From NCBI RefSeq assembly GCF_018350175.1, contig NC_058373.1, positions 106,146,001 through 106,210,000 of the forward strand: DNA of 64,000 nucleotides, written 5' to 3'. The position numbers and the translations under genes are program-made. This stretch comes from Felis catus (lineage: Eukaryota). Positions 37,382 to 49,279 of this stretch are shown here, piece by piece. The stretch's first letter is position 1. Every line of letters begins with the position of its first letter. The notes beneath the pieces were generated by a model, which worked only from the letters and a program-made list of their open reading frames with translations, was not told where the DNA came from and did not search any database.

Positions 37382-40300
37382 TAAGTGCATCTATTTTTAA
37401 CTTGATAATGCTTGCATAAGTTTTAGAACATCTAGTGCCATGTTTTTCTTAAATCATGTACACTTACTTTATAACTGCTCTGAGGATCTTTGCTAGGAAA
37501 CCTTAAAGAGGCAGAGAGAGCACAAATTCTGGGACATCAACATGTGAAAACTATGAAGGAAAATGTAAGTCCTTTTCATACTATGAGAAATTGTTTAAAA
37601 TAGGATTTTGGATCCTATTCACAAACTGGCTTTCTTCAACTGTAATGTCAAGACAAAATGAAAAAAGATTTTTCTATTTAAGTTATATATGCTTATTCTA
37701 TGTATTTTCATCTCATGATGAAAATCTATGTATTTTCATCTCATGAAAGCATCCTGCAAATACTCAGAATAAATCCATTTTAGAATCACTGCTGATGTTT
37801 ACAGTATCTTTTTGTGTCAGAGTTTTTGAGTATTCTAATACCCAAAGTTTCACCTGAAGGTCAGTTGTTTGAAATCCTAAATTGGTATTTCCAAAGGAAT
37901 GGAGCTGGATGATATTTGGAGATACTAAAACTGTTTTACCCCTTCTTGCATTTTCCTCTCTTCCTCCTCCCCAGTTCATTCTGGCTTGGTGATCACTGCC
38001 TTTGGGGGAGGCGTATGTCAGGGGAGAAAGCAGGTTTTATGGAAACCTAAGATCTCAGGGGAGAGAGGTTTGTTGGCAAAGCAGTGTTCTGAAGGGGAAA
38101 TATTTCTCCTGGTTTCCTCTGGAGTGAGAAAAGAGGCAGCAGGTCCTCAGTGCAGAGGACCTATGTTGACTTCCCCACAGCATACAGGGAGGCTTCAGGG
38201 TGTGATAGAGATAGCAAAAAGGAGGGGAAGCAGAGGCAGGAGCCACATGGACAGGGGTAGATTATGCTTCGCTGGTTAGTTGTGCAGGCTGATGACCAAA
38301 AGGCCCTCCTCTCCAAGGCCTTGGCTCTTCTAAGAAAACTTTGCTACATATAGCAGGAAAGGGGACACCACGTGGAGGGATGAGGCTAGGCAAATCCAAC
38401 AAGGCAGAGTAGGGTCTCAAAATCAGACATTGTGAAAAATACAATGTTTATTATATTCCTTAGTTTGCACACTGAGTCGTACAAAGATACTGGTATGCCT
38501 TCAGTTCCAGGCTAGCCCACAGAGCCCCTTTTAACACATGATGTGTCAAAACAGAGCAAGTTGATAATCAAATATGCCTGCGGAACTTAAAAAGCAAACA
38601 CGAATGAAAAATTTTTTGTCTTTATCTTGATGCTGGTGCAACACAAAAGTCAAACTTAATGAAAAGAGAATGAGGAAGTAGATGGAAATGAAGGAAATGA
38701 ATGGAAATGGAGCTGGAAAGCTAAGCGTGGCTTTGGTGTCCTCGTGTGTGAAATGGAACTGCTATTCCACCCGGAAAGGATTTTGTGAATTCCAGGCAAT
38801 AATGTGTGGGGAGTGCCTGGCACAAATCAGGAACATAATAAATGTTGATAGTAAGGTCAAAAGGTTAATTTCCAGTGGGAAGAGGGCTATTAGGGGGATG
38901 TTTACATTTGCTAATCACCATGTTCTCTCAGTTTCATTTATTTACTTATTCTACAAATATTAATTGACTACCTACTGTTCTAGCACTTAAAAAACCAGTT
39001 TTCATTTTAGCTGAAGGGAGTGAAAAAGAAGTCAGTGGTCCTCTAAGGTGGGTACTGTGGTCATCTTCATTTTGCAGATCATGACTTTGAGGCATTGAAT
39101 CCCTTTCACAAGGTCATCAAGATGGGGAGGGGCAGAGCAGTGATCTTGAACCCTGTCCACCCTTTTTGTATTTTTCAAAGTAGAGAATTTAGCATATTTT
39201 TTTAATGACTCAAAGTGACCATTAGTGCCCACTGATTATTGTATAGTCACACAGCGATGCTCTTGGGAGCTATTGTGCTTATGGATTGGCTGTCCTGCCC
39301 CAACCAGCCCCGAATGATGGTGAACTTGCTGCCAGCTGTCATTTCCCATAATTCTAGAGTGCTTCTAATCTGGTGCTGGGGTTGCCTGGGGAGAAACTGG
39401 ATAGCCAAGCTACTTAAACTGCTGAGATTTTTGAGATACAATCTTAAACATCCACCTGTCTCAAGTGCCCTCCCAATTAGGATGTGATACCATTCTCTTG
39501 TAGAGGGCAAAAATGGCATAAATTTCCCCCAGGGGAATTCTTCATCAACCTGTGTGTTTCAACTGCCTGCGGCTGCTCAGACTGGCAAATGCCTGCTCAT
39601 GCCTGGGCTCTTACTGTATCATCCATAATCAGGCTAATCTAGAATCCAAATCCTCAAGAAAGATTAAGATCTAACAGAATGATTTGCATTCGCTGAAGAC
39701 TTACAGGAAAGGAAGCGATAACCCTATTCCTGAATGGACTAAATTAGCTCCCAGCTCACTTCCAGTCATGACTATTTTGGAGAGATCTCCCTCTTTGTAA
39801 GGGTTATAGTTACACACACTCTGTTTTACATGACTAGGCTCTGTGCTAAGGAACCCACCAAAACCTTTTAGAGGCTCAGCACTTGTAGAACTCTAGCAAA
39901 CCTATATATTCTGCAGCCTTCTGTCTCTAGAAATGTCTTGTTAAATGCTAAGTACCTTGCATACTCTTATTTAATCTTCACCCAAAACTCAATGAGATAA
40001 CAAATGAAAAAATATGGGCACAGAGAGGTTAGTAATCTGATTAAGGTTGCATAGATAGCTTTAAGGGGTTGTCAGGATTTGGCCCCAGGCAACATCTGTT
40101 CCTGTTCTTAAAGAGTAAGAGCAGCAACATCTGTAACTTCCCGCTTTGTAAATTGCCTAATTCATTCGTTGTTATTTAATTCTTTTCCAAAGAAGTGGGG
40201 AAGGCACTTTGTACAGGTGAGGAAAAGGAGACAGGGTTTAGTAACTTGTCAGGGAGTAATAATGTGTCTCATATGTGTATTCTTAACGAGCCAATGAACC

Positions 40301-40643
40301 CTGGTACATTGGCTGTTCTTTGCTCTTTCTAACCCTATGAGACTTACCCAACTGTGAAGTCTCTAGGAATGCCTGACAGTGAGGAGTGAGGCGCCGAGTA
40401 AGGGAGATACGGAATTCTGTACTCCTCAAGGCTCTCCCAAGGCCAAGATGAATAAATCTGCGTGATAATCGAATTGCACACACCGCACAAATCCGCAAGG
40501 CTGACACGCATTTGATTTGGAATTACCTTTTTATTAACTGCAAAGGCATGAGAGTGTGTTAATTGCTATGCGTGGGTTCCAGGCCAGAGAGGCGGTTAGT
40601 GGTGTTAGTTGCGTCCCGGAGCTGGGAGGGTGTCGCCGTTTAC

Positions 40644-41151
40644 CTGTGGCCAGCGCGAAGGCCGGGACGCTGTGGAAGCGCACAGGGCCGCGACTGCGGC
40701 CGCCCTCGCATTCCACGAAGGCGGCCACCAGCCCGCACGGGCAGTGGATGTTGACGCGGACCTCGCGGGCAGCGGCAGGGGTCGCGGGGACCAGCCCGAA
40801 GTCGACTGCGAAGCGGCCCAGCGCCAGCACTGCGTGGCCGCACATGGAGCTGTAGCCCTCGTTATGCAGGAACAGGACGCCCAGGTGCGCGTCCGGCAAC
40901 TCGCTAGGCACCAACACAGCCCCGTACATGTCCCGGTGCCCGCGTGGCTCGAACATGAGCCGTCGTCGCAGGTGGTCAAGGTGCTGGCGCATGTAGCGCC
41001 GCTTGGCCAGTAGTGTGGGGCCGACCACTTCCGGACACCCCGCCAGCACGATGCGCAAGGGCTCGCCGCCCGTGTGCATGTCCACCACCGACAGCGCCGG
41101 TGTCCCCGGGTCGTGCGGCGGCAGCCGTGGCACCGCCAGCGCTCTCTCCAT
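40644..41151 (-). CDS. L3HYPDH: L3HYPDH (trans-3-hydroxy-L-proline dehydratase, proline racemase family) coding exon 1, 508 nt
   Basis: ATG at 41151; MERALAVPRL...VVDMHTGGEPLRI...EPRGHRDMYGA...SSMCGH; donor G|GTAAAC at 40643. Confidence 0.96.
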
Positions 41152-41475
41152 CGCTAGCTCCAGGAGCTCCACCACGTCACCACCGTCCAGCCTCGAGCCC
41201 ACCCGCGCACTCCGCGCGCGAGAGAGGGTGGACGTGCGGCCGCCTCGGGGGCGGGGCCTCAGAGCGGAGACGAGGAAGCGCGAGGGGGCGGGGCTTCGGC
41301 GTGGTGGGGCGGGGCGGGGCGGGGCTTCGGCGTGGTGGGGCGGGGCGGGGCTTCGGGTTGGTCTCCCGGGTTACCAGGAGGTGGGGCCGCCCTGGCTGCT
41401 GTGGCCCGGATGTCCGGGCGCCGCGAGCCGGGTGGCTGATTTCGGAGCTTCTTCAAGGAAACCTGCAAGCGGCCA

Positions 41476-41479
41476 ATGG
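41476..41479 (+). CDS. JKAMP: JKAMP coding part of exon 1 (ATGG only)
   Basis: CCAATGG|GTGAGT consensus donor; joins exon 2 to give MAVDIQPACLGLYCGK. Confidence 0.88.
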
Positions 41480-42465
41480 GTGAGTGGTCATCGAAGTCCC
41501 GGAAAGCGTTTGCCTTAGTCCCTGCTTCTTCCCCTCGCTGGCGCCTCTGGGCTCTGCTCCTGCGGGTGGCCTCCGGGTAGCGGCGCATCCTTGCCCCTTG
41601 CTCGCACCGCCCTCGAGCGGGCCCGGGACTCCTCCAGGGGTCGGGACGGTCTCGGCCCCTCTCGGGCTGCAGAGGAGACGTGCCGCTTGGGGGATGCCGG
41701 CCGTGTGCCAGGGCAAAGGCCAGGTCTTTGTTGTTCGGGAGGTCACTTCGCTGCCCTTGTTTTAGCTCCTTTGTGTAGCGTTCATGGCTGACTTAAGAAT
41801 TTAAAGCGCGGGCGTTAGTGCCCAGAGAACATTAAAGGAAGCTGAAGCTAATTGCTGCCTAACTGTTGTCGCCCGCTTCGGCGTCAGACGTTAAGTTTAC
41901 AGGGCCCTTCACAAAGCGGCAAGACCGTTGCAAAAGAAAAAAAAAAAAGTCTTAAAATCTTAGCCGTCCTCCAGGAAAGGAGATGGGAGGGGCAATTGAA
42001 CGGACATGGGGAGCCGCGGTTTTGTTTGATGGGTGATGAGCTGTTGTTGGTTTCAGTCAATCATAGTGGTTTTCAGGCCTTGGATTTGAAATACATACAT
42101 ATGTATTTATAAAACATCTAGGTGCAAAATCCACGTGGAAGAAGCCTCCATTCTTTAATTCTGTCTTCTCAAAAAATCTGAAACAATTCATTTTTTGTCT
42201 GTTAGTAATTTAGGGCATAGTGACTACAATTGGTTAAAAAGTGCCAAATAAGGTAAAGAAGACCATGGATTAAAAAAAGTAAGTGTGATAAAAGTGACAA
42301 CATTAAAGTTGGCAGACTTTTAGTCTGTGCTATTGCTATTGTTTCTCAGCACAAGGAGAAAAAAGTCAAATCTACTTGAATTTGAAAGGGGAAAGGACAT
42401 AGTGGACCAAGCAGTCTCTAGAGTGTGAATTCATGAAGAATTTGGGAAATGGTTATTCAAGAATA

Positions 42466-42936
42466 GTGAAAGGAAGGAAAAATTCTTCTCTACCCTTAGG
42501 GTTTTCCAGCTAATGATTAAACTCACATGAGACAGATTAACAGGAAAAAAACCTCAGAGTTTTATAACAAGTGTATGGAGAAACAATTATGAAATTGAAA
42601 CCTAAAGAAATGACCAAGGCAGGGAGTTCTTATACGTTTTAGACAAAGAGACAATAAACTTGGAAGGAATTTGCGGATAAAGGAAAACAGATTTGGGGGC
42701 CAAGGTAGTAGGTTAGTAAAATAACAAGGTTTACTTCTGCAGCTTTATTATCACTGATAATAAAGGATGTCTTTTTGCTTAGTATAAGAAGGATATTTTT
42801 CGTATGGGAGGTTTGTTCCTTGCTTTCAGGAGAGGGGGTCGGAGTGTTTTTGCCCCCTTGTTTCTTAAGTAACATTTGTTTCAAATAATTGGTATGCCAA
42901 AGTAGCACATTGTGGGAACCTGCCCTTAGCCCCTGC
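42466..42936 (-). mobile_element. Probable solo LTR (ERV1-class)
   Basis: TG...CA bounded segment of about 470 bp; LTR-like text (gagacagattaacagg); family uncertain. Confidence 0.5.
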
Positions 42937-42994
42937 AATGGTCATAAAATGCTTATTTTCCAAGTTGATTCATACTTGACCACAGGTGTTTAGG

Positions 42995-43294
42995 ATTTAT
43001 TCCTTAATATATAGTGCAGTATTGGTTTCAGGAGTAGAATTCAGTCATTTATCACTTACATATAACACCTGGTACTCATCATAACAAGTGCCCTCCTTAA
43101 TGCCCGTCACCCACCTCCCTCCAGAAGCTCTCTGTTTGTTCTCTGTAATTGAGTCTCTTATGGCTCGTCTCCCTCTCTGGTTTTATCTTATTTTTGCTTC
43201 CCTTCCCCTATGTTCATCTGTTGTGTTTCTTAACGTCCACATATGAGTGAAATCGTATGGTATTTGTCTTTCTCTGACTGACTGATTTCGCTTC
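42995..43294 (-). mobile_element. Truncated carnivore L1 3' end
   Basis: catataacacc..gt.ctcatc..aacaagtgccctccttaatgccc; flanking GGATTTA. Confidence 0.82.
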
Positions 43295-44004
43295 TGGATT
43301 TACTCTACTCAAGGCTCTAGGTTCTTTGAGGGCAGGGACTCTTGTTATGTTGCTCTGTGGATCTTGAGAAGTCCCTAGCCAGGGAATCTGTGACTTAATG
43401 CATGTTTATTGAATGAATAAGTCAATGAACAAAGGAAATCAGATGTCTCTGATGAAAAAAACTCCTTTAATAACTTCTTCCTGCTGATGAGGTCACAGAC
43501 AATCTGTAGACCCAGAGTTTTTGTTGTTTTGTTTTGTTTTGTTTTTATAAAGAAGACCTGCTTTTATTTTCCCTAAGCCTTGAGATCAGAGATTCTAAGG
43601 TAGTTGTTCCCAAATATTGGGGAGAGGCCCGGTGACAACCTTGATGAGATTTTCACCTGTCCTCGAAAAAAATGACAAAAGTTAGGACAATGTTGTAAGG
43701 TTTTTCCTAAAGGTAAATTTATTTATTTTAAAGGCCTGCCCTTTATTTCAAAGTTATGTATTTTCTGCTTTTCTGGTATTAAAATGTGTTCTATTATGAA
43801 TGAAGGTGATATTTTGTGTGAACGAAAGGTGACGTGTGTGTGCATATGTGCACACTTACTGTTATGGCTGGGCCAAATGTGGGCTGATGATCGTCTGTTA
43901 GTTTCCTGATTAAAAAATGGAAATGCAAAAGTCTAGACCATCTCATCAAGGGGGAGTAGCTCTTGGAGCCATTGGGACATACCGGGTTAAGCTGTTTTAA
44001 AAAA

Positions 44005-44213
44005 ATTTTTTAATGTTTATTTTTTATTTTATTTTTGAGAAAGAGAGCGTGAGCAGGGGAGGGGCAGACAGAGGGTGACACAGAATGTGAAGCACGCTCC
44101 AGGCTCCAAGCTGTCAACCCAGAGCCAGACGTGGGGCTTGAACTCACGAACCGCAAGATCATGACCTGAGCTGGAGTCTGACACTTAACTGACTGAACCA
44201 CCCTGGTGTCCCC
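44005..44213 (-). mobile_element. CAN-SINE in JKAMP intron 1
   Basis: Reverse SINE body; flanking GGGTTAAGCT. Confidence 0.9.
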
Positions 44214-44510
44214 CCGTCCCCGCCTTGGGTTAAGCTTTGAATTCTGGGGATAGATCCCACTCAGCTGGCTGAGGGGTCTTAATCATAAGGAATAGCCTTA
44301 ACATCAAAGTTTCAGTATAACTTTCTGCATTGTTACAGTGTAAAAGGAGAAAGTTAAGTTTAAATATAAGTGTATCAAGACTTTTGTCTAATACGTATCA
44401 TTTTTTAATTGAACTGTGTTGAGGTATTTCTGCTACGTGCTTCAGCTGTTATTACTCTTTTTTTTATAATCATAAAAGATGTTACTATACTGGCATTTGT
44501 TTTTAAAAAG

Positions 44511-44602
44511 CTGTCGATATTCAACCAGCATGCCTTGGACTTTACTGTGGGAAGACCCTATTATTTAAAAATGGCTCAACTGAAATATATGGAGAATGTG
44601 GG
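44511..44602 (+). CDS. JKAMP: JKAMP (JNK1/MAPK8-associated membrane protein) exon 2, 92 nt
   Basis: TTTTTAAAAAG acceptor; (A)VDIQPACLGLYCGKTLLFKNGSTEIYGECG; GGG|GTAAGT donor. Confidence 0.93.
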
Positions 44603-45151
44603 GTAAGTCTTAACATTTAATGTGTTATTTCATTGCTAAAATCTTTTTGCTTTTGAAATATTTGCATACATAGAATCTTTTCTTCAGTATACTCATAAAT
44701 TTATAAAAATATGAGGCATTAATAAAATTCATATTTGTGTTGTCATATTGTCAACATATTGTCATTTTTGACAGTTGCAGTTAGTATTTTTTTTTTAGTA
44801 TCTTTTAATTTTATAGTAACTTTTACTTGTTATTAATGATATAGTACAGTGACTTGGGCGGTAAGTTAACATTAAAACTCCAGAACTTTTCTTTGCAATT
44901 ATTTTTATATAGTGTTATTAACTAATCATTTAAAGTTTTAGTAACTTAGTAAAAGGAATTTTTTAAGAGTGTTATACAGCTAAAACCAAATACAATATAG
45001 ATTTAATTTTACTTAGGAACTTTCTTATTTCTAAAAGATGTACATGTAAACATGTTTAAACTGAAATGGGATGTCTTTATAGAATGACTTTGGGATATCA
45101 ATGTTCTAAAATAATATATGTACATAAAATAACTGTTTTTATATTTTGTAG

Positions 45152-45306
45152 GTGTGTCCAAGAGGACAGAGAACAAATGCACAGAAATATTGTCAGCCTT
45201 GCACAGAGTCTCCAGAACTTTATGATTGGCTTTATCTTGGGTTTATGGCTATGCTTCCTCTTGTTTTACATTGGTTCTTCATTGAGTGGTACTCGGGGAA
45301 AAAGAG
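45152..45306 (+). CDS. JKAMP: JKAMP exon 3, 155 nt
   Basis: TTTTGTAG acceptor; VCPRGQRTNAQKYCQPCTESPELYDWLYLGFMAMLPLVLHWFFIEWYSGKK; AG|GTTAGC donor. Confidence 0.95.
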
Positions 45307-45462
45307 GTTAGCACTTTCTATGAATGTATCTGGATGGACTGATGTTGGAATAATCATTTAGAAGACCTTATTAAATAATTATACTTGTGTTGTTTTGAAA
45401 GCGGTAAAACTGTTTATATTCTGATTACATTTTAAAATTATTTATTTTTATATTCTGATTAC

Positions 45463-45700
45463 TTTTTTTTAATTTTTTTTTATTAATTTTTTTTTTTCAA
45501 CGTTTATTTATTTTTGGGACAGAGAGAGACAGAGCATGAACGAGGGAGGGGCAGAGAGAGAGGGAGACACAGAATCGGAAACAGGCTCCAGGCTCTGAGC
45601 CATCAGCCCAGAGCCTGACGCGGGGCTCGAACTCCCGGACCGCGAGATCGTGACCTGGCTGAAGTCGGACGCTTAACCGACTGCGCCACCCAGGCGCCCC
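45463..45700 (-). mobile_element. Young felid CAN-SINE in JKAMP intron 3
   Basis: TSD TCTGATTACTTTTT. Confidence 0.95.
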
Positions 45701-45709
45701 TCTGATTAC

Positions 45710-45920
45710 TTTTTAAAAAATGATTTATTTAATATAATTTATTGTCAAGTTGGCTAACATACAGTGCATACAGTGTGCTCTTGGTTTGGGGGGTAGGTTC
45801 CCATGATTCATCACTTACATACAACACCCATTGCTCATCCCAACAAGTGGCCTCCTCAATGCCCATCACCCATATTCCCCTCTTCTCTGCCCCTCCCGTC
45901 AACCCTCAGTTTGTTCTCTG
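45710..45920 (-). mobile_element. Short carnivore L1 3' fragment
   Basis: tttattgtcaagttggctaacatacagtg...aaccctcagtttgttctctg. Confidence 0.85.
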
Positions 45921-48900
45921 TATTCTGATTACTGTTGACTCTGGCAGGAAAACTTAATGATAGCGCATGATTCAGTAATTATCTAGGGAGGTATCCTTTG
46001 TTTTAATGTTTAAATGATATTGAAGTAATACTTTTTTCATTTCTCAATTACAGTCTTTATGGATTTTCTACAAAGAATTGGTCATGATTACAAACTACGT
46101 ATTGTAGAATACTTTGTGATTTAATTTAATCCTAGTAATCTAAAATGTAGTTAAAATGATATAACTGCCACCTAATTATGAAAACTCATACTAAAACATT
46201 AAATCAACAGACATTTATGGAGCACTGTGTTTTACGTTTAGATCAAGGGAATAGGTACAGAAATAATTGATATGGTTTATAGTCATAATCTTTAGAGAAG
46301 ACAAATGTGTACACAGCTAGTTATAATGTGATTCAGTCTTAAAAGTGTACAAACAAAAAGTGTATAAAAGCGTTAGAACAAGATGCTCTGGAATCACAAA
46401 GAGTAGAAGAGAGAAATTGTGCCTGGTGAGGTCTGAAAGACTTTAGGAAAACATTTTGGGTACAGGAAGTAGCATGAGCAGTGGCACGGAGGGGTGAAAT
46501 ATGTGCTGTGTTGTGGGTGGGACTGGAAGTGGTTTGGGGTGGTCTGAGTGTGGATTGCACATGACAGAAAGGTCAAAACAGGAGAGTGGGAAAGTAGGTT
46601 GAGGCTAGAATGTGAAGATTCTTGATGAGGATGTGGACTCTGTCTTACTGGGAATGAGGAGCCCAATTAGTACATTTCAGCCCTACTGATTTTTAGTTGC
46701 TCTAAATTCTTGGCATCTTTCCTTCCCCTTTCATCAGCTTTTCTCTGCCTCAAATACGCTCTTCCCTATGACTGCACTTTTTTACCTAGCTGCCTTTTTC
46801 CCTTCAAATTTCAGTTTAAATTACACCTAGTCGTAGAAGCCCTCCCTTCCTCAATCTGCCCCCTCCCTTATTTTTCTTTTTTAATAGCACTCTTCATTTT
46901 GTTGTTTTTGTTTTGTATTTAGCACTCAGTACAATTTATAGTTGTGTTTGTCTCCTCCAGTCTCCGACTAGAAGTCCAGAGGGCAGTGGCAATCTCTTGT
47001 TCGCCATGGCATTTCCAGAGATCAGCTCTGCAGCTGTCTCATGACAGGTGCTCATTTAGTATTTGCTGCGTGGATGATTTATGGGTAAAAGTTTTGGTGT
47101 AGAGAAGTAACATCACTGGCTGTGTATTTATTTTAGGAAGGTAACTTCTATAGAGGGTAGATTAGAGGTGAGGCTGTTTCCAAAAAGTAGGGATAGCCAG
47201 ACTCCAGTACTGTTGAGTGGGAATGGAATGAATGGTCCAGTGGAAATAGAATTAATAGTTTTCTGGATCCCTCCTAAGAAATCCAGGGTGATTATTTATG
47301 TATTTGGAAAAACATTCATTCTTTTTCTGATGGCTGTGTAAAAAGGGTTTTGAAACAATAGCTCTCATCTTGCTTTTAATTTCTGTTATAGAACGTTGAG
47401 AGATGAGGGTGAGAAAGGAGATGGGATCATCCGAAAGCTGAAATGGAATGATTGCTCAGCTAGTTGGCTGGAACTTCTTAGCCACAAACACGGAAGAGAG
47501 GGTGTAGAGATGCACCTCACCAAATGTATTTGAGTTGAAACAGCACGTATGTTTAGAGGGAGAGTCATGGAACAGAGGGTGGGGTTTGGTTTGAGGGTAG
47601 AGCGGAGCAGTGATTAGTGCTTGGGGAAGAAAGGAGGTGGGTTTAAAAAGGAATTCGTAGAACGTGGGTGTGCTTTGCCAGAAAGGAAATTGGAAAGGAA
47701 ACAGGCTGCAAAGAACACAAGAGCCATGTCTTGCATTGTCCTGAGATGTTGCCTCAGGAAAGGAAGCAGAGGCCCAGCTGTGTGAGGCTAGACCTTTTAT
47801 TCATTGTCATTTCCTTAAGTAAAGAGCCTATTTGGATATTGTTTTTCTTAATTCCACCTACCCCCATGAGACTTTAATATCATAGATAAACTGTTTATTT
47901 GTTTATGTCATGTATGCATATATGTGCTTGATATATATAACAAATGTAAGATTATTTTATCCCCAAGACCTGACTCTTGACCTCTTAGGTGTGAAGTCAC
48001 CCATTGAGAATGCATGGGCCAGACTCTCCTAGCAGCTTTCCTTTGTGGTAACCTTGTTTTCCCCAGAGTTTAGTATTAAATTTATTTTTCTTTAAGGCCA
48101 GAGCAAAGATCAGCAGAATTGCATATTTTTATGTAGTGCAGTCAGAAGTTGTGCTCCTTATGTAACGTTTTATAGAATTTGTAACTTTTAGAATGTATTC
48201 ATTCAGCATCTCTAGGCATGTTTTCAATGTGCCCAATGATATGCTGGGTTGTGAGTTTCTGAGATGACTAAAATGCAGATGCTCATAGTCCAGTGGATGA
48301 GATAGACAAGCCGGGACAGTTTTTGTGAGTTTGTGTAATGGAGATATGTGCACAGTTTTAAGGTTGGCGTGAAGAAGGAAGAAGTTAATTTTGATTCTGA
48401 GAATAGGGTGGTGTCACACAAGAAAAAACTGACTTCAAGCTGGACTTTGAAAAAGTGAGTCGTTTTTGATAGAGAAATTGAAGAAAGAGTCTATCACACA
48501 GCAGGAAGAACATATGCAAAAGGATAGAGGCAAGAAAGAGCACAGTATAATCAAGAAATGAGAGGTGAGGATCCTGTGAAAAAGTGGGGACTAAATGAGA
48601 GGACATAAAGAGATGTGGGGCTTCAGGAGTCCTAGGAAATATAAGACCTGGGAATAATGCCAGAGCTGATCTTGAAGGATACACAGCTTGCCAGACAGGT
48701 GAGTGAAGCCTGCCCAGATGTGTGGAGGCTTGAGGAAAAAGGCATGTAGCATGGCCAGGAGGTGTGGAAGATAATGCTGGTAAAGAGTATTTTTCCTGAA
48801 AGACAGATGGGACTCCTTGAATAGTCTAATAAAGGGAGTTTTAGAATCAGATTTCATTTTGTAAAGATCATGTGGTTGGCTGCAGAAAGATTGAAAGGGA

Positions 48901-48935
48901 GCATGATGGGAAGAAGTTACTAAATGATAGCAAGT

Positions 48936-49134
48936 TGGGGGGCTCAGTTGGTTACGCATCCAACCCTTGGTTTCGGCTCAGGTCATGATCTCACAGTGTG
49001 TGAGATCGAGCCCTGCATCAGGCTTGCTATCCGCATGGAGCTTGCTTGGTATTCTCTCCTTTTCTCTGTGCCTCTCCCTAACTTGTGCACACTTTCTCTC
49101 TTCCTCTCAAAATAAATAAACATTAAAAAATAAA
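48936..49134 (+). mobile_element. CAN-SINE
   Basis: SINE body; flanking AT(G/A)ATAGCAAG. Confidence 0.88.
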
Positions 49135-49279
49135 GTAATAGCAAGAAATGAGGAGATTGGGATGTTGCCTCTAAAAATACGAATTTTATAAGGAAGCAAA
49201 ATATGAGATTATATAAAATGAAATTGTAGATGTTTATGTATTCATTGTTTCCCTATGTGTAAAATCACGTAGGAGTTCA

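Larger units (their letters stand above)
40600..41900. promoter_or_regulatory. CpG island / bidirectional promoter shared by L3HYPDH and JKAMP
   Basis: The two start codons diverge with 324 bp between them (41151 and 41476). Multiple GGGGCGGGGC Sp/KLF boxes at 41247-41351 and ETS-like CCGGAT/CCGGAA cores; no obvious TATA box. Confidence 0.9.

Noticed and set aside
40534..41202. 222-aa ORF taken as the full L3HYPDH protein
   Set aside because: It starts at a GTG upstream of the real ATG (41151) and reads past the donor at 40643 into the intron.
40556..41791. Many overlapping ORFs across the L3HYPDH/JKAMP CpG island
   Set aside because: GC-content artefacts.
45417..45932. Repeated motif with unique spacers as a CRISPR-like array
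   Set aside because: Eukaryotic context; the spacers are retroelements of irregular length and the repeats are target-site duplications.
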